Shown here in pieces: positions 1-8,205 of a stretch of 64,000 nt of DNA. The notes beneath the pieces were generated by a model. It saw only the letters and a program-made list of their open reading frames with translations, did not search any database and was not told the origin of the DNA. The first letter of the stretch is position 1, and each line of letters begins with the position of its first letter. Both the position numbers and the translations under genes were made by a program. The DNA is from Lachnospiraceae bacterium (lineage in GTDB: Bacteria > Bacillota > Clostridia > Lachnospirales > Lachnospiraceae). The DNA lies in assembly GCA_017552985.1 (NCBI GenBank), contig JAFZNO010000060.1, forward strand, positions 6,980-70,979. The letters are read 5' to 3'.

Positions 1-21
1 ACGCACCGCGGGGACTGTGAC

Positions 22-1602
22 GTGGAGGATGCCCAGATCGAAATGATCAAATCCTTTTTGGAAAGCAAGGAGGTTGAGGTTTCCGGTGGCCTAACGACCA
101 TCATTGGGGACATCGAGGGATCAGAGCCTGGAAAACAAAGACTGTTCGGAACCTTCTGTTATACGGACGCCGCCATGAGAAAGAAACTGATCGATATGTC
201 GGAGACCGTTGCCAAGCAGTTCGACGAGGTCATTTTGGATGACTTTTATTTTACGAATTGTAGCTGCGCGAGCTGCATCAAGGCGAAGGGAGACCGTGAT
301 TGGGTGACGTTTAGGAGAGACCTGATGCGCGACGTATCGGAGAATCTGATCGTGAAGCCCATGAAGGCCGTAAATCCGAAGGTAAAGGTGGTCATCAAGT
401 ATCCCAACTGGCGGGAATCCTATCACTTTACGGGATACGTGCCAGAGGTGCAGAGAGATATCTTCGATGCCACCTACACCGGAACGGAGACCAGGAGCGT
501 GGCGTATACTGATCAGCACCTGCCGGAATATTTGAGTTACTCGCTGGTGCGTTATTTTGAAAATGCGTGGCCTGGAAGAAATGGCGGCGGATGGTTTGAC
601 ACTTATCAGTGCTGGTCCGTGGATCGTTATCTGGAGCAGGCATATCTCACCGCGTTTGCAGGCGCGAAGGAGCTGATGCACTTTATGTGGGCAGATCTGA
701 TCGATAATCCTTACGTTGCGGCCATGGGAATGCAACTTACGAAGATCGATCAGATGATGGAAAACGTTGGAAAGCCCGTGGGCGTACCCACTTACGTTCC
801 CTTTGCTTCCAGCGGCGAGAACCATTTGGAAATGCGGCTCGGCATGCTGGGCATCCCCATGGAGCCGACGCCATTCTTTCCAGAGAATGCAAAGAGCATT
901 TTCCTGACGGAGAGTTCCCTGGCGGACAAGGACGTGATCGGGAAGCTTCGCAAGTTCGTGGAAGAGGGCGGCGATGCCGTGATCACAACGGGATTTTTGA
1001 GGGAAGCCGGTGATGCGCTCAGGGCCGCCGGTCTTACGGAGGCGAGACTTACCGGCCGCAAATATGCCGTGACGCGCTATCACGTGACGGGGGAGATGGC
1101 AGGCTATGCAGAGCACCGCTATCCCGTTCTGTTCCCTGAGATCGTGCATGGAAACAATGATTCCTGGTCCTTACTGAACGGCGGAGACGGAGACCTGCAT
1201 GCTTCCCTGTTCCTGCGCAGCACTTATGGAAAGGGCAGGCTGTATACCTTCGCCATTCCGGAGAATGACAGCGATCTGTATCAGATGCCAAAGTCTGCGA
1301 TCGACGTGGTAAAGCGCGTGCTCTGCGGCAAGGATTACGTTACGGGCAGATTGTTCTCTTCCTTTACCTACGAGGATGGCAGCATGATCCTGTATCGCTA
1401 CGTAAAGGGCGACAACCGCGCGGATAAGGTGACGGTAAGAACGGGAAAGAAAGTAAAGGCCCTGGTTGATGAGCAGTCAGGCTGGAAGATACCCGTTACG
1501 GAGCTTAGGCATTTCTCCTTTATGGGAGAGTGGAAGGAATACGTGGCTGAGATCATTCTTACGCCGGGCGTATTCAAGAAGTATCATTGGGAAGAAGAGT
1601 AA
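22..1602 (+). CDS. conserved hypothetical protein, possibly 5'-truncated by the window edge
   Basis: 526-aa ORF. The same frame has no stop from nt 1, so the true start may lie upstream. Terminator follows at 1627-1661. No family recognised by eye. Confidence 0.6.
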   Translation: MEDAQIEMIKSFLESKEVEVSGGLTTIIGDIEGSEPGKQRLFGTFCYTDAAMRKKLIDMSETVAKQFDEVILDDFYFTNCSCASCIKAKGDRDWVTFRRDLMRDVSENLIVKPMKAVNPKVKVVIKYPNWRESYHFTGYVPEVQRDIFDATYTGTETRSVAYTDQHLPEYLSYSLVRYFENAWPGRNGGGWFDTYQCWSVDRYLEQAYLTAFAGAKELMHFMWADLIDNPYVAAMGMQLTKIDQMMENVGKPVGVPTYVPFASSGENHLEMRLGMLGIPMEPTPFFPENAKSIFLTESSLADKDVIGKLRKFVEEGGDAVITTGFLREAGDALRAAGLTEARLTGRKYAVTRYHVTGEMAGYAEHRYPVLFPEIVHGNNDSWSLLNGGDGDLHASLFLRSTYGKGRLYTFAIPENDSDLYQMPKSAIDVVKRVLCGKDYVTGRLFSSFTYEDGSMILYRYVKGDNRADKVTVRTGKKVKALVDEQSGWKIPVTELRHFSFMGEWKEYVAEIILTPGVFKKYHWEEE

Positions 1603-1626
1603 AGGATTCCTAATAGTAAAGGAAGA

Positions 1627-1661
1627 AGCGGAGTCTGGTCAGTGACCGGCTCCGCTTTTTG
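1627..1661 (+). terminator. rho-independent terminator
   Basis: Imperfect hairpin AGCGGAGTCTGGTCA/TGACCGGCTCCGCT followed by TTTTT. Confidence 0.6.
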
Positions 1662-1710
1662 TGCGATAAAGTTTGTTAAAGGCATTTCCATGGCTTTACG
1701 AATTTTAAAC

Positions 1711-1756
1711 TTGACAGTGATAAGATTAAGAGATAGAATCTAAGCAGTGATAAGAT
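1711..1756 (+). promoter_or_regulatory. sigma-A-type promoter with candidate TetR operator repeats
   Basis: TTGACA (1711-1716), 17 nt, TAGAAT (1734-1739). The 12-mer CAGTGATAAGAT occurs twice, at 1715-1726 and 1745-1756. Confidence 0.55.
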
Positions 1757-1796
1757 AGATGACAATTTCGGATTATGATCGGTTGGGAGGGCAAGT

Positions 1797-2354
1797 ATGA
1801 GCGAAAAACCATATCATCACGGGAACTTAAAAATGGAATTATTGGAAAAGGGTCTCGCGTTTGTGGATGAGCACGGCGTGGAAGAACTTTCCATGCGAAA
1901 GCTGGCGGAGGTTTGCGGCGTCAGCAGCGCGGCGCCCTATGCGCATTTTCAAAATAAGGAGGATTTCCTGATCCAGGCGCAACGGTTTATTACGGAGCAG
2001 TTTACCGAAACTTTGCAAGAGTGTATTGCGGCCGTGAAAGATAAAAAGAAGATTCTTTTGGAATTGGGGAAGCGCTACGTGATCTTCTTTTATGAGAATC
2101 CCTCATACTATCACTTTTTGTTTTCTCACGGAAGGGTAGAACTCACGGAGTATCCGCCTTATCAGTTATTTGCTGAGGTTGTGGAAGAAGCATTTTCTGA
2201 GATGGGAGTGAAAAAGAAAGCACGGCGGAAAAAGATGCTGGCGCTGTGGTCCATGGTGCACGGTCTATCGGGATTGTCTGCCATGAAGGGCGTATTGGAT
2301 GGGGATGATCTGGAAAAGGAGATCGAAGGAATCTTAAATGCCGTGGAAATCTAA
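1797..2354 (+). CDS. TetR/AcrR family transcriptional regulator
   Basis: N-terminal HTH LSMRKLAEVCGVSSAAPYAHFQNKEDFL. RBS GGGAGG upstream. Confidence 0.85.
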   Translation: MSEKPYHHGNLKMELLEKGLAFVDEHGVEELSMRKLAEVCGVSSAAPYAHFQNKEDFLIQAQRFITEQFTETLQECIAAVKDKKKILLELGKRYVIFFYENPSYYHFLFSHGRVELTEYPPYQLFAEVVEEAFSEMGVKKKARRKKMLALWSMVHGLSGLSAMKGVLDGDDLEKEIEGILNAVEI

Positions 2355-2379
2355 GCAGCATGGAAATGAGGAAAAAACT

Positions 2380-3147
2380 ATGATCGCGATATACTTAAGT
2401 GGAACTGGAAATACAAAGCATTGCGTGGAGAAGCTGATCTCCGGGATCGATCCGGAGGCGGAAATGATCCCGATGGAACGGGCGGACGTCACGGAGAAGC
2501 TAAAGGAAGCAGGGGAAGTGCTGTTGGCTTATCCGACGCAGTTTTCCAATTGCCCATACGCAGTAAGGGATTTTATCAATAAGAATCAGGCGCTGTGGCA
2601 GGAAAAGCAGGTTCTTTGCATGACGACCATGGGCGCGTTTTCCGGAGACGGTGCGGGATGCAGCGCACGTCTCTTGAAGAAATACGGGGCAAAGGTGGTC
2701 GGAGGCCTTCAGGTACGCATGCCGGATGCCGTTTGTGATAATAAGATGCTAAAGAAATCCTTAGAGGATAATAGGAAGCTTGTCCGGGAGGCGGACGCAA
2801 AGCTCGAGAGGGTGGCCAGGGAGATTAAGGAACGGGGCCGTTATCCCCAGGAGGGTTTAAGCTTCGCTTCGCACCTTGCGGGATTGTTTGGCCAAAGACT
2901 TTGGTTTTATGGGAAAACAACAGGCTATTCAAAAAAATTAAAGATCAGTGATGCCTGCGTGGGATGCGGACTCTGTGTTCAGAACTGTCCCATGCATAAT
3001 CTTACCATGAAGGATGGAAAGGCGATTGCCGGAGACCGTTGTACCATGTGTTATCGCTGCATCAGTCATTGCCCGAAGCAGGCGATCACGCTTTTAGGAA
3101 AACAGGTTTATGAGCAATGTCAGTTTGAAAAATATGCGAAAAAATAA
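2380..3147 (+). CDS. EFR1-type flavodoxin-like / 2x[4Fe-4S] ferredoxin-domain protein
   Basis: MIAIYLSGTGNTKHC flavodoxin-like start. Two CxxCxxCxxxCP motifs (CVGCGLCVQNCP, CTMCYRCISHCP). Internal ATG at 2380 chosen because GAGG precedes it; the ORF track starts at 2338. Confidence 0.75.
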   Translation: MIAIYLSGTGNTKHCVEKLISGIDPEAEMIPMERADVTEKLKEAGEVLLAYPTQFSNCPYAVRDFINKNQALWQEKQVLCMTTMGAFSGDGAGCSARLLKKYGAKVVGGLQVRMPDAVCDNKMLKKSLEDNRKLVREADAKLERVAREIKERGRYPQEGLSFASHLAGLFGQRLWFYGKTTGYSKKLKISDACVGCGLCVQNCPMHNLTMKDGKAIAGDRCTMCYRCISHCPKQAITLLGKQVYEQCQFEKYAKK

Positions 3148-3267
3148 TGGTTGCAATATTGACGGGATTATAGTAGAATGGACTCCGCAAGGGCTATATA
3201 TCGCATGACGAGGTATAAAAAGCGGAAAATCAAGGAAGAGAGGGGTACGCAAGTGAGGACGGAGAAG

Positions 3268-3885
3268 ATGGGTAATGAAGTAACGAAAGGGAATGGAAAA
3301 GGGTTTCATTTACTATATTTGTGGGGATTGTTTTACGTGATCATGACGTATGTATACCCGGTGATCACCTTTATGACCGTGCCAAAGGTGGATGCGTCCG
3401 TGAATTCCAGCGCGGAATATAAGGAAATGGCGAAGGTGCAAAATGGAGCTTTGGGTTCAGACCTTCCGCTGGTGGTTTTGGCAATCCCCGTGGTGTTGCT
3501 GATCATGAACATTGTGATCGTGGCGTGGTCTAAGAATTTGCACAGACGCGTCTTTCTGGTGACGGCAGAGATGATCAAGTATCTTCTGATACCGTTTTAT
3601 ATCATGGGCGGCATTGTAATCGTCATCTTTTTCCTGTTGATGTTCACGCCGGTGGTCATCATGATCTTTGTATCTCCCATAGTGATTGGCGCCCTCTCCG
3701 TGTTAGGATGGGTTTCCCTGGCGGGAAGCGCTCCGTTTATGATCGCCTATCTCTCAAAGGCCGTGAAGGATAAAAAGCTTGGAAAGCCCTTTGCGCTATT
3801 GATTGGCTTTCTCCAGTTCTTCTTTGCCATGGACGTGATCACGACCATCATTTGTGCCATAAAAGAGAAGAAAACGAAGGAATAA
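3268..3885 (+). CDS. multi-pass membrane protein, unknown function
   Basis: Several long hydrophobic segments. Start uncertain (3178, 3205 or 3268); 3268 has GAGG 9 nt upstream. Confidence 0.55.
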   Translation: MGNEVTKGNGKGFHLLYLWGLFYVIMTYVYPVITFMTVPKVDASVNSSAEYKEMAKVQNGALGSDLPLVVLAIPVVLLIMNIVIVAWSKNLHRRVFLVTAEMIKYLLIPFYIMGGIVIVIFFLLMFTPVVIMIFVSPIVIGALSVLGWVSLAGSAPFMIAYLSKAVKDKKLGKPFALLIGFLQFFFAMDVITTIICAIKEKKTKE

Positions 3886-3938
3886 AATGAGCAAAATGAC
3901 GATACGTAAAACGTTTTAAAAAAATTTTTGAAAATGTG

Positions 3939-3967
3939 TTGACTTTGAAAAAATTGTGTAGTATATT
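3939..3967 (+). promoter_or_regulatory. sigma-A-type promoter
   Basis: TTGACT (3939-3944), 17 nt, TATATT (3962-3967). Confidence 0.55.
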
Positions 3968-4044
3968 CAAACCTATATTTTCCGATTTTCAGAAAATGAA
4001 ACGGAAACGGCAACAAGAAAGTTAAGCCTGAAAGGAGAACCGGC

Positions 4045-4152
4045 ATGCTATTTCTGAACACTGAAATTAGATATAACGCCAAGTGGTCCGTGAACGAATA
4101 TCCCGTCCATGGAATTATTTTGGTATATCAAAATTCAGAGCGAAAGAGATAG
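4045..4152 (+). CDS. speculative 35-aa small ORF, either a leader peptide or a gene remnant
   Basis: AAAGGAG RBS 7 nt before the ATG. Encodes MLFLNTEIRYNAKWSVNEYPVHGIILVYQNSERKR. Sits between its own promoter and a strong terminator. Confidence 0.25.
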   Translation: MLFLNTEIRYNAKWSVNEYPVHGIILVYQNSERKR

Positions 4153-4205
4153 GTTCTTATGATGACGCAGGGCGTTGTTGATAAGATTATACGGTGTTTG
4201 AAGAA

Positions 4206-4246
4206 AACCCCACTTATCTCGTGCAGATAAGTGGGGTTTGTTGTTT
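4206..4246 (+). terminator. rho-independent terminator
   Basis: 14-bp perfect stem AACCCCACTTATCT/AGATAAGTGGGGTT, loop CGTGC, then a T-rich tail. Confidence 0.8.
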
Positions 4247-4351
4247 ATAGCGAGGAACGAAATCAAGCAGCTGCGAAGCAGCGACAGCTGCCAATGGCAG
4301 CTGGATTTTATGAGTATTGAAAACAAGCGACCGCAAAGGGAGGAAAAAGGC

Positions 4352-4903
4352 ATGATCATGGAGGACAAGTGGTTTACGTTAAAGGATGGAAGAAAGGCGC
4401 TGATCAGAAATCCCAAGGAAGAGGATATCGAGGGAATGCTAAATTATCTTAAGGTATCCGCCGGAGAGACGGAGTTTATTTTGAGATATCCCGAGGAGTG
4501 CTCCAAATATACTTATGAGGGAGAGAAAAAACTCTTTGCAGATTGGGAAGCGTCGGAAAATGATCTTGCCCTTGTGTGCCTTGTGGATGGCGAGGTGGCT
4601 GGAAATTGCCAAGTTAGAATCAATACCAACCTCAAGACGAGACACAGAGGTTCCATAGGAATCGCTTTGATGAAGAAGTACTGGAATCTGGGGATCGGCA
4701 GCATCTTCTTTGAGGAGATGATCGCCTTCGCGAAAGAAAAGCCGGGGGTTACGCAGTTAGAGCTCGAGTTTATCGAGGGAAATATCCGGGCGAGGGCGCT
4801 CTATGAAAAGATGGGCTTCCGGATCTATGGCGTTCGGCCCAATGCCATTAAGTTAAAGGATGGCAGATTACTAAACGAGTATCTAATGATCAAGGAATTA
4901 TAG
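4352..4903 (+). CDS. GNAT family N-acetyltransferase
   Basis: RHRGSIGIALMKKYWNLGIGSIFF acetyl-CoA-binding-type segment. RBS AAAGGGAGG. ORF-track start 4238 rejected because it runs through the terminator. Confidence 0.8.
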   Translation: MIMEDKWFTLKDGRKALIRNPKEEDIEGMLNYLKVSAGETEFILRYPEECSKYTYEGEKKLFADWEASENDLALVCLVDGEVAGNCQVRINTNLKTRHRGSIGIALMKKYWNLGIGSIFFEEMIAFAKEKPGVTQLELEFIEGNIRARALYEKMGFRIYGVRPNAIKLKDGRLLNEYLMIKEL

Positions 4904-4915
4904 AGGAGGAGAGAC

Positions 4916-5455
4916 ATGAGAGTAACGGTGGAAACGGAGAGAGTGATCTTAAGACCATTGGTACCTGAGGATTATGAAGCGGCATTCAAGTGGTGCGGAG
5001 ATCCAAAGGTAAACACGTACTTGATCTATCCCTTATATCATAAGGCGGAGGACGTAAGAACCTGGCTTGAGGGCAGGGATTTGGATGATCCGGACAACTA
5101 TGATCTTGGAATTGTATTAAAGGAAACTGGTGAGCTCATCGGGAGCGGCGGGTTTGTCTATGATCCGGAGAAGGACGTTTGGACCGTTGGTTATAACATC
5201 CGCGCAGATCAGTGGGGCAAGGGACTTGTTCCGGAAGCCATGCAGGGACTGCTGGATTTCATCAAAAAGACCAGAAAGGTGAACGCCATCGAAGGCATCT
5301 TTGCAAAGGAAAATCATAAGAGCCAGCGCGTCATGGAAAAGCTGGGAATGCATTACGTCTGCGACACGGAGTATGACAAGTTTGACGGCAGTGCCCACTA
5401 TGAGGCGAAGCTGTTCAGACGGGATTTCGGGGTCATCAGGGACGGTTCCCTTTGA
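4916..5455 (+). CDS. GNAT family N-acetyltransferase (RimJ/RimL-like)
   Basis: TERVILRPLVPEDYEAAFKW opening and WGKGLVPEAM motif. Confidence 0.8.
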   Translation: MRVTVETERVILRPLVPEDYEAAFKWCGDPKVNTYLIYPLYHKAEDVRTWLEGRDLDDPDNYDLGIVLKETGELIGSGGFVYDPEKDVWTVGYNIRADQWGKGLVPEAMQGLLDFIKKTRKVNAIEGIFAKENHKSQRVMEKLGMHYVCDTEYDKFDGSAHYEAKLFRRDFGVIRDGSL

Positions 5456-5458
5456 ACC
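5429..5458 (-). repeat. junction hairpin element, inverted copy
   Basis: The reverse complement GGTTCAAAGGGAACCGTCCCTGATGACCCC aligns with the copies at 16771, 22816 and 31921. Confidence 0.5.
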
Positions 5459-5485
5459 GCTTTGACATATATGGGAGGCTGAAAT

Positions 5486-6310
5486 ATGAGTGAAAAAATA
5501 CAGGAAGTACGGGAGCATTATAACATGGATCCTCAGAAAGAATGGGACCGGTTGAAGATAAAGCACCCTCATGAAAAATACATTACCATTCACGTGATGG
5601 ACAGATATATCAAGCCCGGCGACAAAATACTGGATATCGGCGGCGGTCCCGGGCACTACAGCATTCATTATGCAGGCCAGGGACATGACGTAACGCTTTT
5701 GGACCTGAGCGATGAAAACGTCCGCTTTGCCAAGAAAAAGGCAAGGCAGTATGGCGTAAAAATACAAGCTCTTCAGGGAGACGCGATGGATCTTTCCGCG
5801 TTTCCCGAATGTTCCTTTGACGTTGTTTTTCTGATGGGTCCGTTATATCATTTAATGGAGGAAGAAAGCAGGCGCAAAGCTATTTTGGAAGCGAAACGCG
5901 TTTTGAAGCCCGGTGGTTATCTCTTTAGCAGCTTCATCCTTATGTTCGGCGGCGTGATCTGGGGTCTTAGAGAGATGCCGGAAACCATTCTGTTCCCTGA
6001 GGAGCAGGTGCTGTTTGACGTTGCGGCAAAGGGTGAAAGCCTTGCATTTAAGGCGTTTACCTATTCCAACATGGCAACGGTAAGTGAGGCGAAGGAGCTG
6101 CTGGCCTCCATTCCAGGGCTACAGACGGTGACCGTCTTTGGGCAGGAGAGCATTCTTGCCGCATATAAAAATACTTTGAAAGCAAGCACCAAAAAGGTTA
6201 GGCAGGCATGGTATGACTACGCGCTCCGATATTGTGAGAAGGAAGATTACCTAACCCATTCCGAGCATCTAATGATTGTTTCTAGGGTCAACGGACCCAA
6301 AAGGAGCTAA
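5486..6310 (+). CDS. class I SAM-dependent methyltransferase
   Basis: Motif I ILDIGGGPGHYS, followed by the acidic LLDLS. Confidence 0.8.
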   Translation: MSEKIQEVREHYNMDPQKEWDRLKIKHPHEKYITIHVMDRYIKPGDKILDIGGGPGHYSIHYAGQGHDVTLLDLSDENVRFAKKKARQYGVKIQALQGDAMDLSAFPECSFDVVFLMGPLYHLMEEESRRKAILEAKRVLKPGGYLFSSFILMFGGVIWGLREMPETILFPEEQVLFDVAAKGESLAFKAFTYSNMATVSEAKELLASIPGLQTVTVFGQESILAAYKNTLKASTKKVRQAWYDYALRYCEKEDYLTHSEHLMIVSRVNGPKRS

Positions 6311-6312
6311 GC

Positions 6313-8205
6313 ATGAAAAAGAAAGTGAGTAAGAGGGAGATCACGCGGACGAGGGCAGTTCAGAATAACTTGTTCGCATGTGGTCTCCTGGGGAAAATAT
6401 GCCGGCCCTTGGTGGTACATTACGGCATCAGTCAGTTTTTGGGATATTTTGAGTGGCTGTTCTACAGCGCATTCTTCATGCGGTATGTGATCAATTCCCT
6501 TGAGAACGGTGACAGCTTTGGGACGATCATGAAATTCGTCGTCATTGTGGCAGTCGTCATGTGCTCCATGAATTTTTACGAGCGAGTCCTGGTTGGTCAC
6601 GTCTATCCCGTCTGTGAGGCCAAGGTCAATAAAGGCCTCTACGTAAAGCTGTTTCGCAAGTCCAGGAACGTTGAACTGGAATGCTTCGAGAACAGCGATT
6701 TCTACGACAAATACACCCTCGCCATGGAGAGGGCGGATGAGCGTCTTATGATGACGGTAAGTGACGTATTTAAGACGGTCTTTGGAGCCATTGCAAGCGT
6801 GTGTGCATTTGTTTTCATGTATCAGGTGGATAAGATTTCCGTCCTGTTCATTCTCTTTCCCATCATCGGAAATTTCATTTTCAACAGAAAACTGAGCCAT
6901 ATTGATTACGCGAGAAACAAGGACATGGCGCCGCATAATCGCCGGATCGCCTATGTTAACCGCGTCATGTATCTCCCGGAATATGCGAAGGAAATGCGTC
7001 TGACGGACGTGTTCTCCCTGATGAGAAGGCAGTACCGCGAAGCCATCACGGGACTGGCGGACGTGACGAAGAAGTACACGAAAAGAGCCTTGGTGCTTCA
7101 CTGGATGTACGTCATGTTCACCTTCACCTTTATTTTCGAGGGCCTTTTGATCTATGGCGCCTACAGAACCTTGGTGAGTCAGACCATGAGCCTTGCGGAG
7201 CTCGCCGTCATCACCAGCATGATGGTTTCCACCACCTGGATCCTGATCGGTTTTACGGAATCCCTGACCAGCCTCTTTAAGAATGGCTTGTTCGTTGAGT
7301 ATTTGCGAACCTTTTTGGAGTACAAGGAAAAGATTCCTGAGGATTCGGACGGATTGGATCCCGGCAAGGAGATTAAGTCCATTGAGTTCCGTGACGTATC
7401 GTTCTCGTACAAGGACAAGGAGGTGCTGTCCCACGTGAACATGGAATTCCGCGGCGGCAAGACCTACGCGCTGGTTGGTCACAACGGCGCGGGAAAAACG
7501 ACCATGATCAAGCTTTTGCTGCGATTCTATGATCCCACCTCCGGGACGATCCTGCTAAACGGGCGTGACGTCAGGGAATACAATCTAAGAAAATACAGAG
7601 CCTTATTTGCAACCGCATTTCAGGATCACAGAATGTTTTCCATGTCAGTCATGGATAACGTGGTTATGGGCGAGGAAGTTCCTGAGAAGGAAAAGGAGCA
7701 AAGGGTTTGCGAGGCATTAAAGCTTTCCGGAGCTTATGACAAGGTGATGAGCCTTCCCAAGGGCGTTCAGACAACGCTGACCCATGAATTTGACGATGAG
7801 GGCGCCGTCTTGTCGGGAGGCGAATTCCAGAAGATCGTTGTGGCGAGAGCCTTTGTGAAGGAATGCCCCTTCAAGATCTTTGACGAGCCGAGCAGCGCGC
7901 TGGATCCGATCGCGGAGGCAACGCTATTTGACAACATTTATGACACCTGCGCGGATCACACGTTAGTGTTCATTTCACACAGACTTTCCTCCGTGCAGAA
8001 TGCGGATTGGGTATACCTTTTGTCTGACGGCACCGTGAAGGAAGCCGGAACCCACAAGATGCTCATGGAGCAGAAGGGCCTGTATGCCGACATGTATGCG
8101 AAGCAGGCGAAGAACTATCTCGCGCTGAGCAGTGAGGATAAGACCGGAGACGAGGCGGAGGAACAAGGCATCGTCGCATCCGTGGAAGGAGGTGGGCTGG
8201 CATGA
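6313..8205 (+). CDS. ABC exporter, fused permease/ATPase subunit
   Basis: Walker A GHNGAGKTT, signature LSGGEFQK, Walker B IFDEPSS, N-terminal TM domain. Confidence 0.9.
   Translation: MKKKVSKREITRTRAVQNNLFACGLLGKICRPLVVHYGISQFLGYFEWLFYSAFFMRYVINSLENGDSFGTIMKFVVIVAVVMCSMNFYERVLVGHVYPVCEAKVNKGLYVKLFRKSRNVELECFENSDFYDKYTLAMERADERLMMTVSDVFKTVFGAIASVCAFVFMYQVDKISVLFILFPIIGNFIFNRKLSHIDYARNKDMAPHNRRIAYVNRVMYLPEYAKEMRLTDVFSLMRRQYREAITGLADVTKKYTKRALVLHWMYVMFTFTFIFEGLLIYGAYRTLVSQTMSLAELAVITSMMVSTTWILIGFTESLTSLFKNGLFVEYLRTFLEYKEKIPEDSDGLDPGKEIKSIEFRDVSFSYKDKEVLSHVNMEFRGGKTYALVGHNGAGKTTMIKLLLRFYDPTSGTILLNGRDVREYNLRKYRALFATAFQDHRMFSMSVMDNVVMGEEVPEKEKEQRVCEALKLSGAYDKVMSLPKGVQTTLTHEFDDEGAVLSGGEFQKIVVARAFVKECPFKIFDEPSSALDPIAEATLFDNIYDTCADHTLVFISHRLSSVQNADWVYLLSDGTVKEAGTHKMLMEQKGLYADMYAKQAKNYLALSSEDKTGDEAEEQGIVASVEGGGLA

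Noticed and set aside
4031-4045. The 15-mer AAAGGAGAACCGGCA is repeated exactly at 23247-23261 and with one mismatch at 26753-26767, each time at a start region.
   Set aside because: About one or two exact 15-mer coincidences are expected by chance in 64 kb. The shared part is largely the RBS consensus, and there is no extended flanking similarity.
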